NCBI GenBank assembly: GCA_045586685.1
Contig: JAZNAU010000009.1
Span: 1 to 64,000 of the forward strand
Origin: Clostridia bacterium
Lineage (GTDB): Bacteria; Bacillota; Clostridia; HGM11514
Length of the DNA: 64,000 nucleotides
Direction: 5' to 3'
The position numbers and the translations under genes are program-made. The notes under the pieces were generated by a model. That model made no database searches. It was not told the DNA's origin and worked only from the letters and a program-made list of their open reading frames with translations. Below, piece after piece: positions 1 through 10,801 of this stretch (positions within the stretch are counted from its first letter, which is position 1; every line of letters begins with the position of its first letter).

Positions 1-874
1 TTCTTTTCTGACGGTTGTTCATTGCCGCAACCTCTAAAATTACTGCCAGATTACGGCCGGGACGAACGGGAATTTTCAAAGAAGGAATATCAAGTCCTAA
101 AATATTGATATATTCATTTTCCATGCCCAATCTGTCATACATCTTTTGCATATCCCATTCCTCTAATTGGACAACCATGTTGATTTTTTCTGTATCCTTT
201 ACAGCTCCCATACCGAAAATCCGCTTTACATCAACAATTCCGATACCTCGAAGCTCAATAAAATGACGAATCACCTCAGGGGCACTTCCTACCAAAGATT
301 TAGCAGACACCCGCTTGATTTCCACCGCATCATCCGCTACCAGACGATGGCCCCGTTTTACCAGTTCGATGGCAGTTTCACTTTTTCCGATGCCGCTTTC
401 TCCTAAAATCAAAACCCCTTCCCCATAGATTTCCACCAACACACCGTGGCGGGTAATACGGGGAGCAAGAACGTTATTCAGATAAGCAATCAATGCTGCC
501 AAAAAGCTTGAGGTTGTTTCGGCTGTGCGAAACACTGGAGTTCCGTATTTTTTTGCCGCTACATACAGCTCAGGGAAAATTTGCTGATAACGGGTAATCA
601 CCACGGCGGGAATGCCGGTGGCAAACAGCCTGTCAAAGCTATCCAATCGTTGACGACTGGTAAGCCTTCTTAAATAATTATATTCTACCTTTCCGAAAAT
701 CTGAATCCGCTCCGCATCAAAATCTTCAAAAAATCCGATAATTTCAAGTCCCGGACGGTTCACATTATTAGAAACAACCTTTCTATCCTTCATTTCTGAG
801 GAGTACCAGATTTTTTCTAATTTTAATTCTTCTATAATTTCACTTAGAGTCACTGAAAATACTTCTTTTTCCAT
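1..874 (-). CDS. hprK: HPr kinase/phosphorylase (3' end runs off window)
   Basis: Manual translation from ATG at 874 (AGGAGG RBS): MEKEVFSVTLSEIIEELKLEK...NVNRPGLEIIGFFEDFDAERIQIFGKVE; later G-K-S-G-I-G-K-S-E Walker A and LVADDAV motif. Confidence 0.93.
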   Translation of the reverse strand, partial: MEKEVFSVTLSEIIEELKLEKIWYSSEMKDRKVVSNNVNRPGLEIIGFFEDFDAERIQIFGKVEYNYLRRLTSRQRLDSFDRLFATGIPAVVITRYQQIFPELYVAAKKYGTPVFRTAETTSSFLAALIAYLNNVLAPRITRHGVLVEIYGEGVLILGESGIGKSETAIELVKRGHRLVADDAVEIKRVSAKSLVGSAPEVIRHFIELRGIGIVDVKRIFGMGAVKDTEKINMVVQLEEWDMQKMYDRLGMENEYINILGLDIPSLKIPVRPGRNLAVILEVAAMNNRQKR

Positions 875-1008
875 AAGTGCCCCTCCTTATGCAAGTATCG
901 TTTCAATCAATTATATAATAAATCCGTTCAAATTGCAAGCATTTCGGAAGATTTTTTACACACGATGAAAACGGCATTCTAACACTTATGGTCAAAATGC
1001 CGTCTCTC

Positions 1009-2256
1009 TTACTTTGTAATTGTTATTTTTTCCGTATCTTCTGTCCATTCCACTGTTGCGCCTAAGCTTTCTGCAACAAACCGAAGGGGAATATATGTTC
1101 TGTCGTTTCTTGTAAATGCAGGAGAATCCAATTTTACAGGCTGGCCGTTGACCTCTGCATAATGCTCACCAATCCGAATGACAATCACATTATCAGAACC
1201 TGTTATCGTAACCGTTTCAGTTTCTTCCGTCCATTCCACAGTTGCTCCCAGATTTTCAGCGACAAAACGGATAGGAAGCATAGCGCGGTCATTCACCTTC
1301 ACAGGTGCAACATCATTGAAAACCGTTTTCCCAAACACAACAGCCTCTCTTTTTCCTATGTACAGAATCATCTGCTGTTCTTCTGTTTCTGAAACCTGCA
1401 CCCATTTTGCATATAAGGTAACGCTTTTAAACAATCGCTGGCTAAAATCATAAGGTTGGGTCAGACCTTCATCCGCATACCATCCCCCAAATGCATATCC
1501 CTCTTTTTTCGGGTCAGCAGGGGGAACAATCGACGAATTCCGATTCACCTTGCGCTCTTCAATTTGACTACCGCCGTTGGTTTCAAAAAACACATTGTAT
1601 CTTGCGGGTCGTTTGTATATTTTATCTTTTTTATAATACCTTCTTGCAATTTCGCTCGGGTTACATCCATCTTTCACTGCAATGGCTCTCACCGTACCTG
1701 CGGTATTGATAGAAAAAGGGCCGATATATTTTTTTGATGCAATGGTAGGAACGCTTCCGTTGGTGGTATAATAGATGGTTGCACCTGGTGTTGCACAGGA
1801 AATACTCACTGTAAGAGTATCATAAAACCCTTCCACATCAGGAGAAATCACAGGTGTTTTTACTGTCAGCTTAGGAGTAGTCTGAGTATTCGTAACCACA
1901 TCACTTTCCTCATACTCACCGTTTGCCGCATATTTTACAAACCCTGTATACATGGTATTGGGTGTACAATCCGTTTTTTTGTTATTTTCAGAATAACTCA
2001 CCCCGTCAAAGCTATATAACCCATTGGGTACCTGTGGGATGGTGGCAGTAAAGGTTTCGCCGTCGTTATTCAAAGAAAAAGTGAGGGTAAATGCTGAAGG
2101 TGCCTCCTGAGAAACGGACCCAGTAGGTGATACACTCGGTGACGGACTTTCAGACGAATTCACGGGAGCAACGGGAGTTTCATTGTCAGCCCATACACCA
2201 ACCCATGACACTGTCAACAACAAACACAATCCTATCAAGACTATTTTTGCTTTCAT
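1009..2256 (-). CDS. Secreted/surface protein: Ser/Pro linker, Fn3-associated (chitobiase C-type) domain, InlB B-repeat, C-terminal copper amine oxidase N-like domain
   Basis: Signal peptide; GATIYYTTNGSVPT; FETNGGS...PKKEGYAFGGWY...TLYAKW; twin R(A/T)(M/Y)(L/I)P(I/L)RFVAE.LGATVEW repeats. Confidence 0.8.
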   Translation of the reverse strand: MKAKIVLIGLCLLLTVSWVGVWADNETPVAPVNSSESPSPSVSPTGSVSQEAPSAFTLTFSLNNDGETFTATIPQVPNGLYSFDGVSYSENNKKTDCTPNTMYTGFVKYAANGEYEESDVVTNTQTTPKLTVKTPVISPDVEGFYDTLTVSISCATPGATIYYTTNGSVPTIASKKYIGPFSINTAGTVRAIAVKDGCNPSEIARRYYKKDKIYKRPARYNVFFETNGGSQIEERKVNRNSSIVPPADPKKEGYAFGGWYADEGLTQPYDFSQRLFKSVTLYAKWVQVSETEEQQMILYIGKREAVVFGKTVFNDVAPVKVNDRAMLPIRFVAENLGATVEWTEETETVTITGSDNVIVIRIGEHYAEVNGQPVKLDSPAFTRNDRTYIPLRFVAESLGATVEWTEDTEKITITK

Positions 2257-2335
2257 TTTACATACCTCCTTCTTGCTGTCTGATTTAATTATATTATAAC
2301 ATAAATCCCCAACCCTGTCAACCAGACCTTTATAT

Positions 2336-2367
2336 AAAAAACACCTCCGGAACTCCGAAGGTGTTTT
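2336..2367 (-). terminator. Intrinsic terminator after rpsR
   Basis: AAAACACCTCCGGA-AC-TCCGAAGGTGTTTT inverted repeat. Confidence 0.7.
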
Positions 2368-2376
2368 ACGATTTCA

Positions 2377-2619
2377 TCAATCAGTTGTGAAGGGCAACAA
2401 GGCAATATGACGTGCTCTCTTAATCGCAACGGTCAACTGTCTCTGATGCTTTGCGCAAGTGCCTGTGATTCTGCGAGGCAGAATCTTCGCACGGTCGGAA
2501 ACATACCGACGCAGCTTTGCAACATCCTTGTAATCGATAGAATCTACTTTATCTACACAGAACGAACAAACCTTTTTCTTGGGTTTGCGGCTGTGAGGTC
2601 TTTGTTCTCTTTCAGACAT
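2377..2619 (-). CDS. rpsR: 30S ribosomal protein S18 (Zn-ribbon form)
   Basis: KKKVCSFC...[33 protein letters not shown]. Confidence 0.98.
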   Translation of the reverse strand: MSEREQRPHSRKPKKKVCSFCVDKVDSIDYKDVAKLRRYVSDRAKILPRRITGTCAKHQRQLTVAIKRARHIALLPFTTD

Positions 2620-2655
2620 GGTTATAACTCCTTTCAAAGATTACTGTTACGTTGA

Positions 2656-3108
2656 TTAAAACGGTAAATTGTCATCATCTACGGGCATAAAGCCGTCATC
2701 ATCACTGAAATCAGGTGTTTGCACAGGAGCAACAGGTGCGGTATAACCGCTGTTCCCAAAGGAATTGTCCTGAGAAGAACCATCCCGTTCTCTCTTGCTG
2801 TCCGCAAAATAAACCTCTTCAGCAACAACCTCAATCACAGTACGACTCTTTCCTGTTTCATCGTCATACCTACGAGACTGCAGGCTACCCACTACGGCCA
2901 TCTGCTGGCCTTTGACAAAATATTTGCTGATAAATTCAGCGGTAGAACGAAAAGAAACGCAGTTAAAAAAATCTGCCTGACGTTCTTCTCCTTGCTTGAC
3001 GAAACGTCTGTTCACCGCAAGCGAAAACCGGGTTACAGCAACTTGACTTGCACTATAACGGATTTCAGGATCGCGGGTCAGTCTTCCCATCAAAATTACT
3101 TTGTTCAT
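2656..3108 (-). CDS. ssb: Single-stranded DNA-binding protein
   Basis: MNKVILMGRLTRDPE N-terminus; acidic DDDNLPF tail; rpsF-ssb-rpsR synteny. Confidence 0.98.
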   Translation of the reverse strand: MNKVILMGRLTRDPEIRYSASQVAVTRFSLAVNRRFVKQGEERQADFFNCVSFRSTAEFISKYFVKGQQMAVVGSLQSRRYDDETGKSRTVIEVVAEEVYFADSKRERDGSSQDNSFGNSGYTAPVAPVQTPDFSDDDGFMPVDDDNLPF

Positions 3109-3132
3109 ACAAAACTCCCCTTTCCCAAGAAT

Positions 3133-3423
3133 TTATCTCTTGATTACGAAGCTTCTCATAACGCCGTCTGTAATTCTGTAAATTCTTTCAAGCTCTGCGG
3201 GGAATTCGGGCTTCGCAGTGAAATTAATCAACACATAGTAACCCTCATTCAAATCGTCAATCTCATAAGCAAGTCTTCTTTTACCCCATACGTCAACTTC
3301 CTCGATGGTACCGTTTGCTTCGATCAATGATTTGAACTTCTCAACAAGCGCTTCTGTGTCTTCCTCACTCAAAGTAGGATTCAACACAAATACTGTTTCA
3401 TACTTGTTAATGATTTCAACCAT
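3133..3423 (-). CDS. rpsF: 30S ribosomal protein S6
   Basis: KYETVFVLNP...WGKRRLAYEI...GYYVL; RBS GGAGGTG before ATG at 3423. Confidence 0.97.
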   Translation of the reverse strand: MVEIINKYETVFVLNPTLSEEDTEALVEKFKSLIEANGTIEEVDVWGKRRLAYEIDDLNEGYYVLINFTAKPEFPAELERIYRITDGVMRSFVIKR

Positions 3424-3480
3424 TCTTTTCACCTCCTTCTGGACTTTGGCCCCGAGCCTTTGCACGGAGCAAGGAATCGC
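3424..3480 (-). promoter_or_regulatory. S6:S18-binding rpsF leader RNA
   Basis: Minus strand CCTTGCTCC-hairpin-GGGGCCAAAGTCCAGAAGGAGG resembles the Firmicute rpsF leader, directly 5' of rpsF. Confidence 0.7.
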
Positions 3481-3538
3481 CCATTTTTGGGCACTATAAC
3501 ATTATAACCCATTTTCTACAGGTTGTCAAGCCTTTTTT

Positions 3539-5293
3539 TCAATTTATGGAAACCAGCCGTCGAAGTGAGGATATTAACAATTCATCCTCTATCTTAACAG
3601 GGTTTTTCCCTATTATAATAATACCTGATGCTTCCCAGGTAACAGCAAAGCCAAGATTTTCGGCTACTGCACGAAGGGGAATCATGGTTCTGTTATTTTT
3701 GGTTGTTGCAGGAATATCCAATATTTTTTCTTGTCCGTTTACCGTAATCACGGGACTGCCGATTTTAAGTGAAATCACAGAATCCTCCTGTCGAATGGTG
3801 ATTCCTTCGGTTTCTGCCTCCCAAGTTACCTCCGCACCCATACTTTCTGCAATAAAACGAAGGGGAACCAATGTTCTGTCCTGTTCTAAAAAGGGCATTA
3901 CCTGATGATTGTCAGAATCAATAAAAGTCCTCTCCCCATGCTTGACTGCCTGCGGAAAATCCAGCATCAGTACCACATTTTCCTCTAAAAGCTCTTGCAG
4001 ATTTCTTCTTCCGATGGACAAGAAATCCCGTTGTTCCATAGAAAAATCATCCCCCTCAAAATCTACAAAAACAGAGGGGTCAGTCAGAATAATATCCTCC
4101 TGAAAAGCACCATTTGCCTTTATCTTCTCTTTAGCCTGGGTTTCCTTTGTTTCAAATACAAAATTGTCAAAAACCGTATTATTCTTTGGAATGGCAGGGG
4201 AATCCTTTAAAAAAGAAGAAAGGGACGGATAGGTGCTTAACCAGTTCCCTTCATCATAAGGCACCTGCTTCAAATCTGCCTGAACCTCTTTTTTGACAGA
4301 ATGAGGAAACTCCAAAATTTCCAACACCAGAGAGTTTTCACAATCAATGCTTATATTTCCGCAAAACACATTATTTCTTCCACCCAGCATCCGTACTCCT
4401 TCTTTTAATCGGCAGAAAAAGTTGTTTTTTACAGTAATTTCGGAAGAAAAATCCTCTAAAAGAATCCCTGTCTGCGGACAATCTGCAAGAAAATTGTTTT
4501 CTATGATGGTTCCGCGGGCAGTCACATTTCCGTCCAATCCGATTGCAGCATCCCCTGTTACAAACTCAATGCGGTTATTTTGAATCAAATGCTGATTTCC
4601 AAAAACACTGATACCTCTTCCTTTTCCTTCTGAAAGTGTATTATTGGCAAAGGTAATCCCTACGCCATCCAAAACCACACCGGGTTTGGTACTGTCTAAA
4701 AGAGCAAATTGAGAAATAAAATTATTTACAATAATTGAGTTCCCCTGCTCTAAGCTCTTTCGGTTGCCTGAGGTGACTCTCAAGGCAGTTCCTCCCATTT
4801 CGGTCAGCTTATTACCTTCCATTCTTGCATTTCCGTCTATCTGCACGCCCTCAGTCATTTCAGAAAAAGTACAATCAAAAATCTGCACATCAACACATTG
4901 AGAAATGGTAACGCCTGTTCCCCCGACAAAGGAAATCCCTTGAATTGTAACAGTACCGCAATTTTGCAGGGAAGCGGCATTTTTGCCATGTTCAGCCAGA
5001 AGCGTCACCTGTTCTCCCGGATAAGCACGGTATACAACCTCCGTATCCTTATCATTCAAAAACAAACCGCCCTCATAGCTTCCTTCCCGAAGAGTAACGA
5101 CCGCTTTTTCTTCTAACAAGCGAACTGTTTTCACTGCCTTTTCCAAAGTGGCAAAGGGCAGTTTTTCAGAACCGGGATACTTGTCATTCCCATCAGGTGC
5201 TACATACAATTTTACTACATCCGGCGCTTGGTGTGCAAAAACGCAGACAGGACACAACAATAAACAAAGAAGCAAAATAAGTACTTTTTTCAT
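3539..5293 (-). CDS. Secreted right-handed beta-helix protein with C-terminal copper amine oxidase N-like domain
   Basis: Signal peptide; LYVAPDGND...PFATLEKA...LREGSY; Asn-ladder repeats (IVNN, IQNN, IENN); RTLVPLRFIAESMGAEVTW. Confidence 0.8.
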   Translation of the reverse strand: MKKVLILLLCLLLCPVCVFAHQAPDVVKLYVAPDGNDKYPGSEKLPFATLEKAVKTVRLLEEKAVVTLREGSYEGGLFLNDKDTEVVYRAYPGEQVTLLAEHGKNAASLQNCGTVTIQGISFVGGTGVTISQCVDVQIFDCTFSEMTEGVQIDGNARMEGNKLTEMGGTALRVTSGNRKSLEQGNSIIVNNFISQFALLDSTKPGVVLDGVGITFANNTLSEGKGRGISVFGNQHLIQNNRIEFVTGDAAIGLDGNVTARGTIIENNFLADCPQTGILLEDFSSEITVKNNFFCRLKEGVRMLGGRNNVFCGNISIDCENSLVLEILEFPHSVKKEVQADLKQVPYDEGNWLSTYPSLSSFLKDSPAIPKNNTVFDNFVFETKETQAKEKIKANGAFQEDIILTDPSVFVDFEGDDFSMEQRDFLSIGRRNLQELLEENVVLMLDFPQAVKHGERTFIDSDNHQVMPFLEQDRTLVPLRFIAESMGAEVTWEAETEGITIRQEDSVISLKIGSPVITVNGQEKILDIPATTKNNRTMIPLRAVAENLGFAVTWEASGIIIIGKNPVKIEDELLISSLRRLVSIN

Positions 5294-5400
5294 GGTAACG
5301 GTCAACTCCTCCTTTCGGAAAATTTTTCCATACAAAGCGAACAAACCGCCCTAGTTCATACACAGGCGGCTTTGGATTTGCAATCTATTTACAATGCAAA

Positions 5401-5610
5401 CTATTTCTGTTCGGTTAAATTGTACTTCTTTCTGAATTTATCAACTCTGCCGCCGGTATCAACCAACTTCTGCTTACCGGTAAAGAAGGGATGGCACTTA
5501 GAACAAATTTCAACACGAATGTTTTCCTTTGTAGAGCCAGTTTCAATCACCTCGCCGCAAGCACAGGTAATGGTAGTAGCCGCATAGTCGGGATGTATTC
5601 CCTGTTTCAA
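5401..5610 (-). CDS. rpmE: 50S ribosomal protein L31 (Zn-binding type)
   Basis: MKQGIHPDY...CACG...[22 protein letters not shown]; TTG start. Confidence 0.97.
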   Translation of the reverse strand: MKQGIHPDYAATTITCACGEVIETGSTKENIRVEICSKCHPFFTGKQKLVDTGGRVDKFRKKYNLTEQK

Positions 5611-5632
5611 TGGAATTCACCTCTTTCTCACC

Positions 5633-5668
5633 AAAAACAGCATACCTCCATTTAAGCATACTGTTTTA
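5633..5668 (-). promoter_or_regulatory. Hairpin in rpmE 5' UTR, possible L31 leader
   Basis: Minus strand AAAACAGTAT...ATGCTGTTTT stem just upstream of the RBS. Confidence 0.4.
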
Positions 5669-5849
5669 CTAATTTCTTCACCTATTATAACACAAAGAAT
5701 TTAAAAATGCAACACTTTTTTTCAAAAAAAGAAAAAAAAGCATTTTTTTCTGAATTTTGCAGAAAACAAGTGTAAAACTCTTGACTTTGGACCATGATTT
5801 ATATTATAATAAGAAGATACAGGAAAGTTTTGAAAATTGGAGAGTTAAT

Positions 5850-6230
5850 ATGATTACAAGTAAACAAAGAGCCTATTTAAGAGAATTGGCAAACGGGCTT
5901 GACCCTATATTTCAAGTTGGAAAGGGTGGCATCGGTGCAACCTTTCGAAAACAGATTTTTGATGCTCTGGAAGCAAGAGAGCTGATTAAAATTAAAGTAC
6001 TGCCAAACTCGGACATGACAGCGGCAGAAGTATGTCAAGAATTATGCGAAGGAGTCGGAGCCAATCCGGTGCAGGTTATCGGAAACAAGGTGGTGCTTTA
6101 TAAACGTTCCCGTGAGCATAAAAAAATTGTTCTGCCCGGAGAACCAAAGCCGAAAGTAAAGCCTGCATACAAAAAGTCTGTTCTTGATAAAAAGCAAACC
6201 AGCAAACAAAAGGGGTTGAATCGGCGATGA
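5850..6230 (+). CDS. yhbY: RNA-binding protein YhbY (CRM domain)
   Basis: MITSKQRAYLR...FQVGKGG...LEARELIKIKVL...VQVIG. Confidence 0.93.
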   Translation: MITSKQRAYLRELANGLDPIFQVGKGGIGATFRKQIFDALEARELIKIKVLPNSDMTAAEVCQELCEGVGANPVQVIGNKVVLYKRSREHKKIVLPGEPKPKVKPAYKKSVLDKKQTSKQKGLNRR

Positions 6231-7381
6231 AACGAATCGCCTTATACGGCGGAGTGTTCGACCCGGTGCATATGGGGCACGTTGCAGTAATGGAACAAAT
6301 TCTTTGTGAGCTTCATCCGGATGAACTGATTGTCATTCCCTGTGGGAATCCGCCTCATAAAAAAGGAAGGCGGGTAAGCTGCGGGGATCACAGAGCAGAA
6401 ATGCTTCGTATTGCAGTGAAATCCCTTCCCAGCGTAACTGTAAGCGATTATGAAATTTCCAAAACAGAACCCTCCTTTACAGTTCATACTTTAGAACATT
6501 TTCGAAAAGTGTATGGTGAGGATACGGAACTGGTTTGGGTCATCGGTGCGGATAATATTGAGTCTTTTTCCTCTTGGCGCCGTCCGGAACGGATTTTGAA
6601 GCTGGCAAAGATTGCAGTTCTGTCCCGCCCCGGATTTGACCGAAAAAAAGCAGAAACAACATTTCCCCATTGTTATATTATCGGAAAACGGCAGGTGGAT
6701 GTTTCTTCTACTGAAATTCGCAAAAGAACGAAAGAGAAAAAAACGATTACCGGACTTGTTCCCAATGGGATAGAAAACTATATAAAAAAACACAACCTTT
6801 ACCCTCCTACTGTAACCATGTCACAGGCAGAGCAGTTGGTCAATGATCGATTAAGGGAACATCGCCGTGTTCATACCTTTGGCGTGCGTGACGAGGCGAT
6901 AAGATTGGCAAGAAGGTTTGGTGTAGAGGAAGAAAAGGCAGCAATGGCAGCACTTCTTCATGACATTACCAAGCAAATCCCCTTAGAGAAACAGCTTGCC
7001 CAATGCAAACAATATAACATTAACCCCGATGCCATGCAAATGGACAGCACTGCTCTTTTGCACAGTGTTACGGCAGAGGCAGTTGCCTTTTTCGAATTAG
7101 GAATTGATGATAATGAAATTTTATCCGCCATTCGGTATCATACCACCGGATGTGCCGAAATGACTCTTTTAATGAAAATTATTTATTTGGCAGATTGTAT
7201 TGAACCAAACCGGGAAAGTTATTCCGGACTGGATGAAATCCGAGCTTGGGCTGAAATCAACTTAGACAAAGCGGTTTTGATGTCCATGGAACGGGGACTT
7301 GACCATTTACAAAATTCCGGCAAGCCCATTCACCCCGATACCTTAACTGCCATTGAATATCTGAAAGGAGAAACGGAATGA
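6227..7381 (+). CDS. nadD: NadD nicotinate-nucleotide adenylyltransferase fused to YqeK HD-domain Ap4A hydrolase
   Basis: GGVFDPVHMGH, IGAD, SSTEIR in the N-half; RRVHTFGV, LLHDITK, AIRYHTTG, IYLADCIEPNR in the C-half. Confidence 0.92.
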   Translation: MKRIALYGGVFDPVHMGHVAVMEQILCELHPDELIVIPCGNPPHKKGRRVSCGDHRAEMLRIAVKSLPSVTVSDYEISKTEPSFTVHTLEHFRKVYGEDTELVWVIGADNIESFSSWRRPERILKLAKIAVLSRPGFDRKKAETTFPHCYIIGKRQVDVSSTEIRKRTKEKKTITGLVPNGIENYIKKHNLYPPTVTMSQAEQLVNDRLREHRRVHTFGVRDEAIRLARRFGVEEEKAAMAALLHDITKQIPLEKQLAQCKQYNINPDAMQMDSTALLHSVTAEAVAFFELGIDDNEILSAIRYHTTGCAEMTLLMKIIYLADCIEPNRESYSGLDEIRAWAEINLDKAVLMSMERGLDHLQNSGKPIHPDTLTAIEYLKGETE

Positions 7382-7758
7382 ATTCAAAAGATTTTATGGC
7401 GCTGATTGTCAAAGCGCTGGACAGTAAAAAAGCAAGTGATATTCAAGTGCTTTCTATGGAAGGAGTTTCTGATATCGGAGATTTTTTCGTTATTGCAACA
7501 GGAAATTCCACTACTCAAATTAAAGCCTTGGCAGACGCAGCGGAAGAAGCGGCGGCAAAAATAGATATTACCCCTCATCATCAGGAAGGATATCAGACAG
7601 CAATCTGGATTTTACAGGACTATGGTGACGTGGTACTGCATATCTTCAATACAGAGTCCCGCGGGTTTTACAGTCTGGAACATCTGTGGGCAGACGCAAC
7701 CCGTGTTGATTTAACCGAAATTTTAACCCAAGAAGAAGGAGGAAATAAAAATGGCTAA
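7378..7758 (+). CDS. rsfS: Ribosome silencing factor
   Basis: [10 protein letters not shown]...DFFVIATG...[14 protein letters not shown]...[10 protein letters not shown]. Confidence 0.95.
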   Translation: MNSKDFMALIVKALDSKKASDIQVLSMEGVSDIGDFFVIATGNSTTQIKALADAAEEAAAKIDITPHHQEGYQTAIWILQDYGDVVLHIFNTESRGFYSLEHLWADATRVDLTEILTQEEGGNKNG

Positions 7759-10168
7759 AGAATATAAACCGGCTGATTTTGAATCAAAATGGCAGAAAAA
7801 ATGGGAGGATGCGGGGATTTTTAAAGCAACCAATGATACAAGCAAACCTAAATTTTACGGATTGGTTGAATTCCCCTACCCCTCCGCTCACGGTTTGCAT
7901 GTTGGGCATCCCAGAAGCTATACCGCTTTAGACATTGTCACAAGAAAACGGAGAATGGAAGGATATAACGTGCTGTATCCTATGGGATTTGACGCATTTG
8001 GTCTGCCTGCAGAAAACTTTGCAATCAAAAACCATGTACATCCCAAAAAGGTAACAGAGGAAAATGTAGCAAATTTCCGCCGTCAGTTAAAATCCTTGGG
8101 TTTTGCCTTTGACTGGGACAGAGAAGTGAACACCACCGACCCCAACTACTATAAATGGACTCAATGGATTTTCCTGCAACTGTTCAAAAAAGGGTTGGCT
8201 TACAAACAGGAAATGCCCATTAACTGGTGTACCAGCTGTAAGGTAGGCTTGGCAAACGAAGAAGTGGTCAATGGTGTTTGCGAACGTTGTGGCGGCCAAG
8301 TGGTACAAAAACAAAAAAGCCAATGGATGCTGAAAATTACCGAATATGCTCAGCGTTTGATTGACGACCTGAACGACGTCAATTTTATTGAAAAAGTAAA
8401 AATACAGGAAAAAAACTGGATTGGTCGTTCGGAAGGTGCGGAAGTAGATTTCACCCTTCAACCGGGCAACAAAACCGTAACAGTATATACCACTCGGTGC
8501 GACACTTTGTTTGGTGCTACTTATATGGTACTCTCCCCAGAGCATCCCTTTGTAGAAGAAATGAAAGCTTCTATTACGAATTACGATGCAGTGGAAAACT
8601 ACAAACAGGAAGCCGCTCACAAATCAGAATTTGAACGTACCGAGCTTGCAAAAGACAAAACCGGTGTGCCTTTAGAGGGCATTTCTGCTATCAATCCTGT
8701 TACAGGAAAAGAAATTCCTGTTTGGATTTCCGATTATGTATTGATGACCTACGGAACCGGTGCCATTATGGCAGTTCCCGCTCATGACAGCCGTGACTGG
8801 GATTTTGCGAAGAAGTTTAATCTGCCCATTATCGAAGTGGTAGCAGGCGGAGAAGATGTTCAAAAACAAGCCTACACCGATGTTGCCTCCGGTAAAATGG
8901 TCAACTCAGGATTTTTAGATGGTATGGAAGTCAAAGAAGCAATCAGCACCATGATTGCACATCTGGAAAAAACGGGGCTTGGGAAGAAAAAGGTCAATTA
9001 CAAGCTTCGTGACTGGGTATTCTCCCGTCAGCGTTACTGGGGCGAACCTATTCCGCTGGTCAACTGCCCCGACTGTGGTTGGGTTGCCATTCCCGAAAGT
9101 CAGCTTCCTTTGATGCTCCCCGAAATCGAAGATTATGAAATGACCGATGACGGTCAATCTCCTTTGGCGAAGGTTCCCTCTTGGTACAATACAACCTGTC
9201 CCAATTGCGGAAAGCCGGCAGTAAGAGAAACGGATACCATGCCCCAGTGGGCAGGTTCTTCCTGGTATTTTCTGCGTTACATTGACCCGCTCAACAGTGA
9301 TTGTTTGGCATCCAAGGAGCTACTTAATTACTGGCTGCCTGTGGATTGGTATAACGGCGGCATGGAGCATACAACCCTCCATTTGCTGTACTCCCGTTTC
9401 TGGCACAAGTTCCTGTATGATATCGGCGTGGTTCCCACCAAAGAACCCTATCAGAAGAGAACATCTCACGGCATGATTTTAGGTGAAAACAATGAAAAAA
9501 TGTCAAAATCCAGAGGAAACGTGGTAAACCCTGATGACATTGTAAACGAATTTGGTGCAGATACCTTCCGTCTGTACGAAATGTTTATCGGTGCTTTTGA
9601 TCAGGCCACTCCCTGGTCCGAAAACGGAGTTCGGGGATGTCGTAAATTCTTAGACCGTGTCTGGGCACTGTCTGAAAAGGTAACAGACGAAACAGGTTAT
9701 TCCAAGGAACTGGAATCTTCCATACACAAAACCATCTGCAAAGTAACAGAAGACATTGAACGGATGAAGTTTAACACTGCTGTTGCGGCTTTGATGAGTC
9801 TGATTAACGAATTTTCCTCCAAGGGAAGCGTGACAAAGGATGAATATAAAACCTTCCTGTTACTGATGAATCCCTTTGTTCCTCACATGACGGAAGAACT
9901 GTGGAGCGAAGCAGGCTTTGAAGGGTTCTGTTCAGTTGCGTCATGGCCTGAATATGATGCGGACAAAACTGTGGATGCCATGGTGGAATTTGTCGTACAG
10001 ATTAACGGTAAGGTTCGAGACCGTATGATGTTCCCCGCCGAAATCGGTGTGGAAGAATTAAAAACTGCGGCTTTGGAAAACGACAGAATCAAAGAATTAG
10101 TTGGGGATAAACAGATTGTGAAAATCATTGCTGTACCCAAAAAGCTTGTCAATATTGTAGTAAAATAG
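7751..10168 (+). CDS. leuS: Leucine--tRNA ligase
   Basis: [13 protein letters not shown] (HIGH) and KMSKS motifs; [11 protein letters not shown]. Confidence 0.98.
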   Translation: MAKEYKPADFESKWQKKWEDAGIFKATNDTSKPKFYGLVEFPYPSAHGLHVGHPRSYTALDIVTRKRRMEGYNVLYPMGFDAFGLPAENFAIKNHVHPKKVTEENVANFRRQLKSLGFAFDWDREVNTTDPNYYKWTQWIFLQLFKKGLAYKQEMPINWCTSCKVGLANEEVVNGVCERCGGQVVQKQKSQWMLKITEYAQRLIDDLNDVNFIEKVKIQEKNWIGRSEGAEVDFTLQPGNKTVTVYTTRCDTLFGATYMVLSPEHPFVEEMKASITNYDAVENYKQEAAHKSEFERTELAKDKTGVPLEGISAINPVTGKEIPVWISDYVLMTYGTGAIMAVPAHDSRDWDFAKKFNLPIIEVVAGGEDVQKQAYTDVASGKMVNSGFLDGMEVKEAISTMIAHLEKTGLGKKKVNYKLRDWVFSRQRYWGEPIPLVNCPDCGWVAIPESQLPLMLPEIEDYEMTDDGQSPLAKVPSWYNTTCPNCGKPAVRETDTMPQWAGSSWYFLRYIDPLNSDCLASKELLNYWLPVDWYNGGMEHTTLHLLYSRFWHKFLYDIGVVPTKEPYQKRTSHGMILGENNEKMSKSRGNVVNPDDIVNEFGADTFRLYEMFIGAFDQATPWSENGVRGCRKFLDRVWALSEKVTDETGYSKELESSIHKTICKVTEDIERMKFNTAVAALMSLINEFSSKGSVTKDEYKTFLLLMNPFVPHMTEELWSEAGFEGFCSVASWPEYDADKTVDAMVEFVVQINGKVRDRMMFPAEIGVEELKTAALENDRIKELVGDKQIVKIIAVPKKLVNIVVK

Positions 10169-10177
10169 AGGTGGACT

Positions 10178-10801
10178 ATGGGAATTTGGTCTGAAGCAAA
10201 ATTGATTATGGAACGGGATCCGGCGGCTCGGAATCCCTTAGAAGTGCTGTTGTTATATTCAGGGGTGCACGCGGTTCTTTATCATCGGCTTGCCCACTGG
10301 TTTTACAAGCATCACTGTCCCTTTATGGCAAGACTGATTTCCCAGACCTCCCGTTTTCTGACCGGAGTGGAAATCCATCCCGGTGCTAAAATTGGAAAAG
10401 GACTTCTTATCGACCACGGAATCGGTGTTGTCATCGGAGAAACTGCGGTCATCGGCGATTGCTGTACCATTTATCAGGGTGTTACTCTGGGTGGTACAGG
10501 AAAAGATAAAGGAAAGCGTCATCCCACCATTGGTAACAATGTAATGATTGGTGCGGGTGCAAAGGTGTTGGGTCCCTTTACCGTTGGAGACGGGTCTAAA
10601 ATTGCGGCGAATGCGGTGGTGTTAAGTGAAGTTCCTCCCAACTCCACTTGTGTGGGTGTTCCCGCAAGAGTGGTAAAACGAAACGGAATTGTCATAAATG
10701 ATATTGACCAGATTCACCTTCCCGACCCTGTTTCTCAAGAGCTATGTAAATTACAAGCTCAAATTGACCGTTTGGAAAAGAAACTGGAGGAACACCAATG
10801 A
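10178..10801 (+). CDS. cysE: Serine O-acetyltransferase
   Basis: RDPAAR; TGVEIHPGAKIG; IDHGIGVVIGETA; GKRHPTIG. Confidence 0.95.
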   Translation: MGIWSEAKLIMERDPAARNPLEVLLLYSGVHAVLYHRLAHWFYKHHCPFMARLISQTSRFLTGVEIHPGAKIGKGLLIDHGIGVVIGETAVIGDCCTIYQGVTLGGTGKDKGKRHPTIGNNVMIGAGAKVLGPFTVGDGSKIAANAVVLSEVPPNSTCVGVPARVVKRNGIVINDIDQIHLPDPVSQELCKLQAQIDRLEKKLEEHQ

